Assembly (NCBI GenBank): GCA_045636865.1
Contig: JAZTYJ010000023.1
Coordinates: 13,013 to 77,012 of the forward strand
Length of the DNA stretch: 64,000 bases
DNA from: Eubacteriales bacterium
GTDB taxonomy: Bacteria; Bacillota; Clostridia; Oscillospirales; JAAYXM01
Direction of reading: 5' to 3'
Within the stretch, counting starts at the first letter, position 1, and the number at the start of each line of letters is the position of its first letter. The notes below the pieces were generated by a model that saw only the letters and a program-made list of their open reading frames with translations, made no database searches and had not been told where the DNA came from. Below, piece by piece: positions 28,335 through 38,058 of this stretch. The position numbers and the translations under genes were made by a program.

Positions 28335-29894
28335 ATGTTTGATCTCGGTATAAAGTTAGCAATGGTCATAGTATTCTTCGGGATTATGATCGGTGTAGGT
28401 TTATACTGCCGCAAAAACTCAACAGATGTTGATGGTTTCGTTCTCGGAGGAAGAAGTGTAGGTCCGTGGCTCACGGCATTTGCATACGGAACATCTTACT
28501 TCTCTGCGGTTGTTTTCGTAGGTTATGCAGGACAGTTTGGATGGAAGTACGGTATTGCAGCCACCTGGGCAGGTATCGGAAATGCACTTTTAGGTTCGCT
28601 CCTTGCTTGGGCGGTACTCGGAAGAAGAACTCGCATTATGACACAGCACCTAAAGAGTGCAACAATGCCGCAGTTTTTCGAGGCACGTTTTGCAAGCCGT
28701 TCTCTAAAGCTTGCATCATCAGCGATTATCTTTATTTTCCTCATTCCGTATACGGCATCACTTTTTAACGGTCTCAGCCGTCTTTTCGGAATGGCGTTTG
28801 ACATCGACTATTCGGTTTGCGTAATTATTATGGCAATTCTTACTGCAATTTACGTTATTGCCGGCGGATATATGGCAACTGCCATCAACGATTTTATTCA
28901 GGGTCTTATAATGCTTGTCGGAATCGTTGCAGTTATCTGGGCTGTTCTTGCAGGGCAGGGCGGTTTTATGGAGTCACTTGCAAAGCTTGGCGAGGTGAGT
29001 GATCCGACTGTTTCGGATGTTCCGGGCGTTTTTGCATCGTTCTTCGGACCTGATCCCATAAACCTTCTCGGTGTCGTTCTTCTCACATCTCTCGGCACGT
29101 GGGGACTTCCGCAGATGGTTCAGAAGTTCTATGCCATAAAGAGCGAAAAAGCTATAAACAAAGGAATGATTATTTCTACTCTGTTTGCCTTGGTTGTAGC
29201 GGGAGGCTGTTACTTCCTCGGCGGTTTCGGTCGTCTCTTCTCGGATAAGATTGATATTGCGGCAGGCGGATACGATTCAATAATACCGACGATGCTCTCA
29301 AGTCTTTCACCATTCCTTATTGCGGTTGTAATAGTGCTTGTTCTATCGGCGTCAATGTCAACTCTTTCATCGCTTGTTATGACATCAAGCTCAACGCTTA
29401 CGCTTGACTTCCTCAAGGATATCGTTAAGAAGGATATGAGCGAAAAGACACAGCTTTTCATAATCAGAGTTCTTATTGCCGTATTTATTGTAATTTCGGT
29501 AATTATTGCGATTGTTCAGCACAAATCAAACGTAAGCTTTATTGCACAGCTTATGGGCGTTTCCTGGGGTGCACTTGCAGGTGCGTTTCTTGCTCCGTTC
29601 CTTTATGGACTTTATTGGAAACGCGTTTCAAAGGCATCGGTCTGGGTCAGCTTTATTTTCTCAACGGTGGTTATGCTCGGAAATATGCTCGCAAAGGACA
29701 TTTTTCCGCAGATCCTCAAGTCTCCGATCAACGCAGGTGCATTTTGCATGATAGCAGGTCTCGTTATAGTTCCTGTCGTATCACTCTTTACAAGAGCACC
29801 CGATAAGTCGGTTACGGACAATGTGTTTTTATGTTATGATAAAAAAGTTCTTGTTTCGCAGAAGGATGCTATCGGCGAAACAATAAGTGATTAG
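28335..29894 (+). CDS. sodium:solute symporter (SSS) family protein
   Basis: FVLGGRS.GPW, YVIAGG..A...NDFIQG, GLPQ and SASMSTLSS motifs; multiple TM helices. Confidence 0.9.
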   Translation: MFDLGIKLAMVIVFFGIMIGVGLYCRKNSTDVDGFVLGGRSVGPWLTAFAYGTSYFSAVVFVGYAGQFGWKYGIAATWAGIGNALLGSLLAWAVLGRRTRIMTQHLKSATMPQFFEARFASRSLKLASSAIIFIFLIPYTASLFNGLSRLFGMAFDIDYSVCVIIMAILTAIYVIAGGYMATAINDFIQGLIMLVGIVAVIWAVLAGQGGFMESLAKLGEVSDPTVSDVPGVFASFFGPDPINLLGVVLLTSLGTWGLPQMVQKFYAIKSEKAINKGMIISTLFALVVAGGCYFLGGFGRLFSDKIDIAAGGYDSIIPTMLSSLSPFLIAVVIVLVLSASMSTLSSLVMTSSSTLTLDFLKDIVKKDMSEKTQLFIIRVLIAVFIVISVIIAIVQHKSNVSFIAQLMGVSWGALAGAFLAPFLYGLYWKRVSKASVWVSFIFSTVVMLGNMLAKDIFPQILKSPINAGAFCMIAGLVIVPVVSLFTRAPDKSVTDNVFLCYDKKVLVSQKDAIGETISD

Positions 29895-29905
29895 GAGGCA
29901 GAGAT

Positions 29906-31645
29906 ATGAAAAAACTTATGCTCGGAAACGAAGCGGTTGCAAGAGGTCTCTATGAGGCAGGCTGCAGCTTTGTTTCAAGCTATCCGGGAACACCGAGTAC
30001 GGAAATCACGGAAGCAGTTGCAAAATACGATGAAATTTACGCGGAGTGGGCACCTAATGAAAAGGTAGCGATGGAAGCTGCTTTCGGTGCATGCCTTGCA
30101 GGAAAAAGAAGTTTCTGCGGAATGAAGCACGTTGGTCTTAACGTAGCGGCAGACCCACTCTTTACCATTGCATACACAGGTGTAAACGGCGGTATGGTTA
30201 TCGGTGTTGCAGACGATCCGGGTATGCACAGCTCGCAGAATGAGCAGGATTCACGCCACTATGCAAAGGCATCAAAAATCCCCATGCTTGAGCCGGCAGA
30301 CTCTGCCGAGGCAGTAGCGTTTACAAAGCTTGCATTCGAGCTTTCGGAAAAGTTTGACACACCTGTTCTTCTTAAGATGTGCACGCGCGTCGCTCACTCG
30401 CAGAGCATCGTTGAGCCGGCAGACCGCGTAGAAGTAAAGAAAGACTATACAAAGAACGCACAGAAATACATTATGATGCCGGGTAATGCAAAGCTTCGTC
30501 ATCCGATAGTAGAGGAGAGAACACTTGCACTTTCAGAGTATGCAGAGACTGCTCCGTGCAACGTCTTTGAGGACGGCAGTGATAAGAGCATCGGTATCAT
30601 CACATCTTCGACATCTTATCAGTATGTAAAAGAGGTTCTTGGTGATAAGCATCCTGTGCTCAAGCTTGGTATGGTATGGCCGCTTCCGACAGAGAGCATC
30701 AAGAATCTTGCAAAGTCAGTTGATAAGCTCATTGTTGTTGAAGAGCTTGACGGCTTTATCGAGGAGCATTGCAAAAATCTCGGAATTGATGCAGCAGGAA
30801 AGGATATTTTCTCATGCATCGGCGAGCTCAGCCAGAATATTGTTTCGGAAAAGCTCGGAAATGGAGCAAAGGAAGGTGTTAAGCTTTCTGACAACATCCC
30901 GCCGAGACCTCCTGTTATGTGTGCAGGATGTCCCCACAGAGGCCTTTTCTATACTCTTGCAAAAAACAAAATTACGGTTATGGGTGATATCGGCTGCTAC
31001 ACACTTGGTGCAGTACCTCCGCTTTCTGCACTTGATGCAACGATCTGTATGGGTGCATCAATTTCAGGTCTTCACGGCTTTAATAAGGCAAATGAAGGCG
31101 CAAGTGATGGAAAGAGCGTTGCAGTGATCGGCGATTCAACCTTTATGCATTCAGGCATGACAGGTCTTGTTAATATCGCATATAACGGATCAAATTCAAC
31201 GGTTATCATTCTTGATAACTCGATAACAGGTATGACGGGACATCAGCAGAATCCGACAACAGGTTACAACCTAAAGGGCGATCCTGCATCAAAGATTGAC
31301 CTTGAAGCACTTTGCCGTGCGATGGGAATTAACAGAGTTTCGGTTGTTGACCCGTACAATCTCTCGGAGTGTGAAACTGTTTTAAAAGAAGAGCTTGCGG
31401 CAGAAGAGCCGTCAGTTATCATCTCACGCCGTCCGTGTGCACTTCTTAAATACGTTAAGCACAACAAACCGCTTGTTGTTGATGCCGATAAGTGCAAAAA
31501 CTGTAAGATGTGCATGAAGATAGGTTGCCCTGCAATCAGCATTGAAAACGGCAAGGCAAAGATAGATAACACTCTCTGCACCGGTTGCGGAGTATGTGAG
31601 CAGCTCTGTAAGTTTGATGCGCTTCATGCGCCGGAGGAGGTATAA
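29906..31645 (+). CDS. iorA: indolepyruvate:ferredoxin oxidoreductase alpha subunit
   Basis: LGNEAVARG, YPGTPSTE, MKHVGLNVAAD, MCAGCPHR, GDIGCY and GDSTF motifs; C-terminal 4Fe-4S Cys clusters. Confidence 0.95.
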   Translation: MKKLMLGNEAVARGLYEAGCSFVSSYPGTPSTEITEAVAKYDEIYAEWAPNEKVAMEAAFGACLAGKRSFCGMKHVGLNVAADPLFTIAYTGVNGGMVIGVADDPGMHSSQNEQDSRHYAKASKIPMLEPADSAEAVAFTKLAFELSEKFDTPVLLKMCTRVAHSQSIVEPADRVEVKKDYTKNAQKYIMMPGNAKLRHPIVEERTLALSEYAETAPCNVFEDGSDKSIGIITSSTSYQYVKEVLGDKHPVLKLGMVWPLPTESIKNLAKSVDKLIVVEELDGFIEEHCKNLGIDAAGKDIFSCIGELSQNIVSEKLGNGAKEGVKLSDNIPPRPPVMCAGCPHRGLFYTLAKNKITVMGDIGCYTLGAVPPLSALDATICMGASISGLHGFNKANEGASDGKSVAVIGDSTFMHSGMTGLVNIAYNGSNSTVIILDNSITGMTGHQQNPTTGYNLKGDPASKIDLEALCRAMGINRVSVVDPYNLSECETVLKEELAAEEPSVIISRRPCALLKYVKHNKPLVVDADKCKNCKMCMKIGCPAISIENGKAKIDNTLCTGCGVCEQLCKFDALHAPEEV

Positions 31646-31647
31646 TA

Positions 31648-32223
31648 ATGGAAACAAAAAACATTATGATAGTCGGCGTCGGAGGACAGGGAAGTCTTCT
31701 CGCTTCAAAGCTTCTTGGACGTCTTCTCCTCACAAAGGGTTACGATATAAAGGTATCTGAAGTTCACGGTATGAGTCAGCGCGGCGGAAGCGTTGTTACA
31801 TATGTCCGCTATGGTGACAAGGTTTATTCACCGATTATTGACAAGGGTGAAGCTGATTTTATCATTTCGTTTGAGCTTTTGGAGGCAGCGCGCTGGACGG
31901 AGTATCTCAAGAAAGACGGAAAAGTTATTGCAAACATACAGCAGATAAATCCGATGCCGGTCATCACAGGTGTTGCAGAGTATCCGAGTGAGCTTTCGGA
32001 GAAGATGAAAGCGGCAGGAATCGACATCGACGCTTTTGATGCCCTCAAGCTTGCTGTTGAGGCAGGAAGTGCAAAGGCTGTAAACATCGTTCTTATGGGA
32101 AGACTTTCTAACTACTTTGACGCATCTGTTGAAGAATGGATGAAGGCTATTGAAGAAAGCGTTCCTGAAAAGTTCCTTGAGATGAACAAAAAAGCATTTA
32201 TTCTCGGCAGAGATGCAAAATAA
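31648..32223 (+). CDS. iorB: indolepyruvate:ferredoxin oxidoreductase beta subunit
   Basis: GVGGQG and SEVHGMSQRGGSV motifs. Confidence 0.95.
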   Translation: METKNIMIVGVGGQGSLLASKLLGRLLLTKGYDIKVSEVHGMSQRGGSVVTYVRYGDKVYSPIIDKGEADFIISFELLEAARWTEYLKKDGKVIANIQQINPMPVITGVAEYPSELSEKMKAAGIDIDAFDALKLAVEAGSAKAVNIVLMGRLSNYFDASVEEWMKAIEESVPEKFLEMNKKAFILGRDAK

Positions 32224-32235
32224 GGAGATGCAAAA

Positions 32236-33534
32236 ATGAAGAATTACTACCAGCCGGAGATAGAAACCGCATCACGCGAGCAGATTCGCGCATGGCAGGA
32301 TGAACGTCTTGTAAAACAGGTGCAGCACGTATGGGACAATGTTCCGTATTATCGCAAGAAGATGGAAGATGCGGGAGTGTCACCGAGTGATATAAAGGGT
32401 GTAGCTGACCTTCATAAGCTTCCGTTTATAACAAAGGCAGATTTGCGCGATGCGTATCCGTACGGTCTTGTCGGAAAACCCATTTCCGAGTGTGTCCGCA
32501 TTCACTCAACATCAGGAACAACCGGAAAAAGAGTTATGGCATTTTACACACAGCACGACGTTGACCTCTGGGAAGACTGCTGTGCAAGAGCAATTGTTGC
32601 AGCAGGCGGAACAAAGGAAGATGTTGTTCACGTCGCTTACGGCTACGGTCTCTTTACGGGTGGTGCAGGTCTCCACGGCGGATCGCACAAGGTAGGAAGT
32701 CTTACGCTTCCGATGTCATCGGGAAACACGGACCGCCAGCTTCAGTTTATGACAGACCTCGGTTCAACCATTCTCTGCTGTACACCATCTTATGCTGCAT
32801 ATCTTGCAGAGTCAATTAAAGAAAAGGGTCTTAGTGATAAGATTAAACTCAAAGCAGGTATTTTCGGAGCTGAAGCATGGAGTGAAGAGATGCGCCGCGA
32901 TATCGAGAAACAGCTCGGAATCCGCGCATACGACATTTACGGTCTTACTGAAATTTCAGGTCCGGGTGTCAGCTTTGAATGTGAAGAGCAGATAGGTATG
33001 CACATCAACGAAGACCACTTCATCGCGGAAATTATCGACCCGGATACAGGTGAGGTTCTTCCTGAGGGTAGCAAGGGTGAGCTCGTATTTACCTGCATAA
33101 CAAAAGAGGCATTTCCGCTTCTTCGCTATCGCACACGCGATATCTGCGTTCTCTCAACAAAACCGTGCTCATGCGGCAGAACTCATATGAAGATGTCAAA
33201 GCCGATGGGAAGAAGTGATGATATGCTCATCATCCGTGGCGTAAACGTATTCCCGTCACAGATTGAAACTGTTCTTATCGAGCAGGGATATCCGGCAAAC
33301 TATCAGATTGTTGTTGACCGCGTAAATAATTCTGATACGCTTGAGGTTATGGTAGAGATGAATCAGGAAAACTTCTCGGATTCACTCCGCCAGATTACCG
33401 ATATGGAAAAGAGCCTTGTTTCTGCGCTTAAGGCGATGCTCGGAATTGCGGCAAAGGTAAAGCTTGTCGCTCCGAAGACAATCGCACGAAGCGAAGGTAA
33501 AGCAGTAAGAATTATTGATAATCGAAAGATTTAA
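32236..33534 (+). CDS. paaK: phenylacetate--CoA ligase
   Basis: HSTSGTTG, YGYGLFTGG, GIFGAE, DIYGLTE, RYRTRD and GRSDDMLIIRGVNVFP motifs. Confidence 0.93.
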   Translation: MKNYYQPEIETASREQIRAWQDERLVKQVQHVWDNVPYYRKKMEDAGVSPSDIKGVADLHKLPFITKADLRDAYPYGLVGKPISECVRIHSTSGTTGKRVMAFYTQHDVDLWEDCCARAIVAAGGTKEDVVHVAYGYGLFTGGAGLHGGSHKVGSLTLPMSSGNTDRQLQFMTDLGSTILCCTPSYAAYLAESIKEKGLSDKIKLKAGIFGAEAWSEEMRRDIEKQLGIRAYDIYGLTEISGPGVSFECEEQIGMHINEDHFIAEIIDPDTGEVLPEGSKGELVFTCITKEAFPLLRYRTRDICVLSTKPCSCGRTHMKMSKPMGRSDDMLIIRGVNVFPSQIETVLIEQGYPANYQIVVDRVNNSDTLEVMVEMNQENFSDSLRQITDMEKSLVSALKAMLGIAAKVKLVAPKTIARSEGKAVRIIDNRKI

Positions 33535-33549
33535 GGGAGGATATTTGTT

Positions 33550-33978
33550 ATGATCAATCAGATTTCCGTATTTCTTGAAAATAAGGCAGGGGAGCTTGCC
33601 GAGATCACGAAAATTCTTGCTGAAAACAACGTAAACCTCCGCGCAATTTCAATTGCAGAAACATCAGACTACGGTGTTTTGCGCATGATTGCGGATGATG
33701 CGGAACATGCATCGCGTGTACTTATGAAAAACGGCAACGTTATTTCAATGACACCGGTTTCCGTTATCGAAGTTCCTGACCGCCCGGCAGGTCTTTCGGA
33801 TGTTCTTGGTATTCTCGCAAAAGCAGATATTGACATTGAATATATGTACTCACTCTTTACACAGGAACAGGGAAAGGCATATATGGTATTTCGTGTAAGT
33901 GATAAGCAGAAGCTTATGAATGAAATCAAAAATAACAAGTTAAAGACTGTCAGCGAAGAAGAACTCGGTCTTAAGTAA
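33550..33978 (+). CDS. double ACT-domain protein
   Basis: QISVFLENKAG and VPDRPAGL..DIEYMY; the family is typically found next to paaK. Confidence 0.88.
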   Translation: MINQISVFLENKAGELAEITKILAENNVNLRAISIAETSDYGVLRMIADDAEHASRVLMKNGNVISMTPVSVIEVPDRPAGLSDVLGILAKADIDIEYMYSLFTQEQGKAYMVFRVSDKQKLMNEIKNNKLKTVSEEELGLK

Positions 33979-34019
33979 AATAAAAAACGGTTCCACAAGG
34001 AACCGTTTTTTATTTTACT
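33974..34019. terminator. bidirectional terminator
   Basis: Perfect 21-bp inverted repeat AGTAAAATAAAAAACGGTTCC-ACAA-GGAACCGTTTTTTATTTTACT. Confidence 0.85.
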
Positions 34020-35130
34020 CATTCATAAGTTTCTCTGAAAACTCCACAATTTTTTCTGCAGGGTCCGGCTTTGAAACCTTTGATAGATGAAGACGTATGC
34101 TGTCAAGTCTTCCCGGTTCGTTAAACAGGAAATGCATAGCTTCTTCCATTGTAAAAGTTTTGCTGACTGCAATGGCGAGACCTCGGTTTAAGAAGAATTC
34201 CTGATTTCTGTCTTCCTGACCGGGGATGGGGTTTACGAAAATCATGGGTAGATTCTTTGCAACCGATTCGGAAATGGTGAGACCTCCCGGTTTTGTAACT
34301 ATGCAGTCGGAGGCATCCATAAGAAGGTCTACATAATCTATAAAGCCAAACACCTTTACGTTATCTTTTTTTGAAGCTGTAAGCTTATTGTACAATCTCT
34401 TGTTGTTTCCGCAGACGGCAAGAACGGTGCATGAAGAATCAAAATTCATGATGCCGTTGATTGTTTCGGGCATATTGGCGTACCCCATGCTTCCTGCCAT
34501 AAGCAGAATAACTTTTGAATCTTCGGGAATTTCGAGGCGTTTTCTTGCTTCTGATTTTTCTGTTTTCTCAAAGAATTTCTTTTGAATCGGGATGCCGAAG
34601 GGGAGAAGTCTCTTTTCGCTTATGGACTTCATTTTAGCACGCGGAGTGAGAAGCTCGCTGGGTATTTCTATAAATTCGATATTTGTAACATCCTCCCAGA
34701 ACGGGTGGATTGTATAATCCGTTACAACGCCTATTGTGGGTATATCGGAAAGCTTATTTCGTCTTTTAAGTTCATTAATAACGTGAGCTGCAAAAACGTG
34801 CGTGCAGATAATAACGTCGGGGTTGAATTCTTCAATGAATTTCTCAAATCTTATTGAGAGAAGAAAGTTTGCGATGTTGCGAGGGGCATATTTTGTTGCC
34901 GGCTCAGTTTTTGAATCAACGAGCTCATAAAGTGCACGGTAAGCATTTGGAGCATGTTTCATCGAAAGGAGATAGCCTTTGTTGATTGCATCCGAAAAAT
35001 TCTTATCAAGCTGTTTGTAGACATCAATTATTTTAACGGTTGCACCGCGCTTTTTGAAGGTTTCTGCGATGCTGTTTGCGGCGGCGTGATGTCCGTGACC
35101 TGTTGTTATACTGAGTATCATAGCTTTCAT
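34015..35130 (-). CDS. MGDG synthase/UgtP-like GT28 glycosyltransferase
   Basis: GHGHHAAA, ICTH, VVTDY..HPFW, TKPGGLTISE and PIPGQE motifs. Confidence 0.88.
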   Translation of the reverse strand: MKAMILSITTGHGHHAAANSIAETFKKRGATVKIIDVYKQLDKNFSDAINKGYLLSMKHAPNAYRALYELVDSKTEPATKYAPRNIANFLLSIRFEKFIEEFNPDVIICTHVFAAHVINELKRRNKLSDIPTIGVVTDYTIHPFWEDVTNIEFIEIPSELLTPRAKMKSISEKRLLPFGIPIQKKFFEKTEKSEARKRLEIPEDSKVILLMAGSMGYANMPETINGIMNFDSSCTVLAVCGNNKRLYNKLTASKKDNVKVFGFIDYVDLLMDASDCIVTKPGGLTISESVAKNLPMIFVNPIPGQEDRNQEFFLNRGLAIAVSKTFTMEEAMHFLFNEPGRLDSIRLHLSKVSKPDPAEKIVEFSEKLMNE

Positions 35131-35196
35131 AAGTTTGTCCGTCCTTAAAATGTAGGATGATACTATAATAATACTTTTTTAAAAAGAATTCAATCT

Positions 35197-35469
35197 CTAA
35201 CTTTCAAAGTCGCCCTGCACATACCGTTCATACTCCGAGAGCACGGCATCTTCGATTTTCTTACGCAGTGTATGTTTTGTGGGGTGTACTATGTCGCTGA
35301 ATCCGCCGTTTGGAAGACGTCTTGACGGCATCGCAAGAAAAATCTTGTCATAACCCGATATAACTTTTATATCGTGAATAACAAGCTCGTCATCGAGTGT
35401 AACAGAAACAATTGCGCGCATTTTTGATTCGTCTGTAAGTCTTCTGATTTTGATGTCGGTTATTTCCAT
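35197..35469 (-). CDS. spoVG: SpoVG family nucleic-acid-binding protein
   Basis: MEITDIKIR, IHDIKVI, FLAMPSR and DIVHP motifs. Confidence 0.92.
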   Translation of the reverse strand: MEITDIKIRRLTDESKMRAIVSVTLDDELVIHDIKVISGYDKIFLAMPSRRLPNGGFSDIVHPTKHTLRKKIEDAVLSEYERYVQGDFES

Positions 35470-35599
35470 TTTGAATTCTCCTTACACATTGTTGTTTTTT
35501 ACTGGACTTTTTTTGAAAAAAATAATATAATATAGTTTAACCGAAGTATAATTAAAATACACATATTTTTTAACTTTCTTTTGATTGGAGATTTGATTT

Positions 35600-36976
35600 A
35601 TGCAGGATGAGAGAAAGGCTCTTTTGTCCGGTAACGGAAAGATTGTTCATTTTGTAGGTATCGGCGGAGTTTCTATGAGTGCGCTTGCGAAAACACTTGC
35701 ATCGCGAGGTGTCTTGGTTCAGGGCTCTGATATGAATGCCGGAGTATATGCAGAACGTTTGCGCTCGCTCGGAATTAAGGTCTTCAAGGGGCATAAAGAA
35801 GAGAATATCGACGGTGCGGATGTTATTATCCGCACGTCCGCCGTGCACGATGACAACCCCGAAATTATAAGAGCACGAAATCTTGGTCTTCCGATTCTCG
35901 AAAGAGCAGAAGCGTGGGGAATTCTCATGGAAGAATTTCCTGAAGTGGTCTGCGTCTCCGGAACACACGGAAAAACATCAACAACAGCGATGATCACCTG
36001 TGTTGCGCTTGCGGCAGACCGTGATCCGGAAGTTATGATAGGCGCTGATATGCGTGAAATCGGCGGCGTTGTCAGAATTGCTGACGGTGATCTTTTTATT
36101 GGTGAATCGTGTGAATACTGCAATTCATTTCACAATTTCTATCCGACGGTTGCTGTTGTCTTAAATATTGAGGAGGACCACCTTGATTTTTTCAAAGACC
36201 TCGATGATATAAAAAATTCGTTTGCGAAGTTTATGTGCAACACAAAAGACGGTGGTGTCATTATCGCAAACGGTGATGATAAAAACGTTCTTGATGCGTT
36301 ATCCCGTGCAGGAAAGAGTGCCATGACATTCGGTTTTTCGGACGGATGTAATGTCAGAGCAGAAAACGTAGTTTATAACGACGGTTTTCCGACTTTTGAT
36401 ATTCTTTACAATGGTGAAGCGTTCTGCACCGTAAGGCTCTCTGTTATTGGTGAGCATAACATAAAAAATGCACTTGCGGCTACGTGCGCGGGAATCCGTC
36501 TCGGTATAGATCCGGCGCTGATTTCGCGGGCTCTCTCTGAATTTACGGGTGTTGGAAGGCGCATGGAGTACAAAGGCGAGTTTCGTGGTGCGAAGGTGTA
36601 TGACGACTATGCTCATCATCCGAGTGAAATTGAAACAACTCTCCGTGCGGTCAAACGCGCAAATTCGGGGGAGATAGTCTGTGTTTTCCAGCCGCACACA
36701 TACACTCGCACAGAGGCGCTGAAAGATGATTTTGCAAAAGCGCTTTCTCTTGCAGACAGAGTCATCCTCGCGGATATCTTTGCGGCAAGAGAGAAGAATG
36801 TAAACGGTATAGATTCGTCTTTGATTTCGGATAAAATTCCCAATGCAAAGTATATAAAGTCGTTTGATGAAATAGTTTCTTATCTTAAAAACTCGGTTTC
36901 AGAAAATGATTTTGTGCTGACTATGGGTGCAGGAGATATTTACAGAGTCGGAGAAAGACTTTGTGAGATAAAGTAA
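35600..36976 (+). CDS. murC: UDP-N-acetylmuramate--L-alanine ligase
   Basis: HFVGIGGVSMS, GTHGKTST, DHLD, DDYAHHP and FQPH motifs. Confidence 0.96.
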   Translation: MQDERKALLSGNGKIVHFVGIGGVSMSALAKTLASRGVLVQGSDMNAGVYAERLRSLGIKVFKGHKEENIDGADVIIRTSAVHDDNPEIIRARNLGLPILERAEAWGILMEEFPEVVCVSGTHGKTSTTAMITCVALAADRDPEVMIGADMREIGGVVRIADGDLFIGESCEYCNSFHNFYPTVAVVLNIEEDHLDFFKDLDDIKNSFAKFMCNTKDGGVIIANGDDKNVLDALSRAGKSAMTFGFSDGCNVRAENVVYNDGFPTFDILYNGEAFCTVRLSVIGEHNIKNALAATCAGIRLGIDPALISRALSEFTGVGRRMEYKGEFRGAKVYDDYAHHPSEIETTLRAVKRANSGEIVCVFQPHTYTRTEALKDDFAKALSLADRVILADIFAAREKNVNGIDSSLISDKIPNAKYIKSFDEIVSYLKNSVSENDFVLTMGAGDIYRVGERLCEIK

Positions 36977-36990
36977 GTGGGTGAAAATAC

Positions 36991-37776
36991 TTGAAGGAAA
37001 GGGCAATAAGATTTCTTTATGCGATAGATTGCTATCTGCTTTATGTTTTGTCGTCTGTTGCGGCATCACTAGGTGTTGTGGCGTATTACAGTATATCCGC
37101 AGCGCGCGACATAGGAAATACGGGAACAGAGCTTGATGTTACGGCGTTTTCTGAGTATATCTCGGAAGTGCTTTCGGGTAAGTCGTCGCTTGTTCTTCTT
37201 GTGTCATACATAATAGTTATTATGTCGCTTCTGATTGTCTTTGCGATTCGCAGAAAGAGCTTATCCTCATACACAGGAGTGTCATACTGCAGGTTTGTAA
37301 GCCTGTTTGCATCGGTCTGTCTTGGCATCGCACTGAATTTTCTTGCATCGTTCTTTTCTTCCGCACAATCGGCAGAGGAAAGTGTCGTTTCAACAGTCCT
37401 TATTCTTTGCATAATTATCGGTCCGTTTGTTGAGGAAATTATGTTCCGCGGCGTATTGCTCAAGATGTTTGCATCAAGTGTCGGGGTGGTATTTTCGGTC
37501 ATTATAACATCTCTTTTGTTCGCGTTTTCACACGGAGATATAGTGCAAATCGCCTATACGTTTGTTCTCGGCCTTATTCTCGGAATAGTCAGATATAAGA
37601 GCACAAGTCTCTGGAGTCCGCTTGCTCTGCATATGTCATTTAACGTTACAGGGGCGATAGCGGCTTTCTGTAATCTCAGATTTGATGGCGTAGATGCCAT
37701 AATAATTTCGTTTGCGGCACTTCTGTTTTTCTTCATCGCCTGCACAGGCGGAAGAAAGGCTCGTAAGAGTGCATAG
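36991..37776 (+). CDS. CPBP (Abi/CAAX) family intramembrane metalloprotease
   Basis: EEIMFRG, FAFSH and HMSFN motifs. Confidence 0.88.
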   Translation: MKERAIRFLYAIDCYLLYVLSSVAASLGVVAYYSISAARDIGNTGTELDVTAFSEYISEVLSGKSSLVLLVSYIIVIMSLLIVFAIRRKSLSSYTGVSYCRFVSLFASVCLGIALNFLASFFSSAQSAEESVVSTVLILCIIIGPFVEEIMFRGVLLKMFASSVGVVFSVIITSLLFAFSHGDIVQIAYTFVLGLILGIVRYKSTSLWSPLALHMSFNVTGAIAAFCNLRFDGVDAIIISFAALLFFFIACTGGRKARKSA

Positions 37777-37849
37777 AAAAAACATTTTTAAGGTTCGTTA
37801 TTTTGTTAAAAATTTAGTGTCAAAACTTCCCGAAAACCGCCGTTTTACC

Positions 37850-37878
37850 TTGACATAGAATTGGTCGCGTGATATAAT
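37850..37878 (+). promoter_or_regulatory. consensus SigA promoter of the pur operon
   Basis: TTGACA-N17-TATAAT with extended TG. Confidence 0.85.
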
Positions 37879-37897
37879 TTATTATGTGATTATTTGT

Positions 37898-37989
37898 GTG
37901 TTTTCTGTAACTGACGGATTTTGTGGAGCACCACGTGAAGCAGAAAACATTAAGAGGGGAAATACCCCGTTTTGCCGACCGTCTGGGCA
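37898..37989 (+). ncRNA. ZMP/ZTP (pfl) riboswitch
   Basis: P1 GTGTTTTCTG/CAGAAAACAT; ACTGACGGA; P2 GTGG-AGCA-CCAC; P3 GCCGACCGTCTGGGC; pseudoknot GACGG/CCGTC; upstream of purine genes. Confidence 0.9.
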
Positions 37990-38028
37990 CATTTAACTCC
38001 TCGCTTGAGTTAAGTGCGCCCTTTTTTT
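37985..38028 (+). terminator. riboswitch expression-platform terminator
   Basis: GGGCACATTTAACTC-loop-GAGTTAAGTGCGCCC-T7, overlapping P3. Confidence 0.85.
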
Positions 38029-38058
38029 ATTGCATTGAAAACAAGGAGGTATGATACC

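Noticed and set aside
37780-37840. Possible PurBox (CGAA-containing) motifs upstream of the pur promoter
   Set aside because: Only short, degenerate matches, too weak to call
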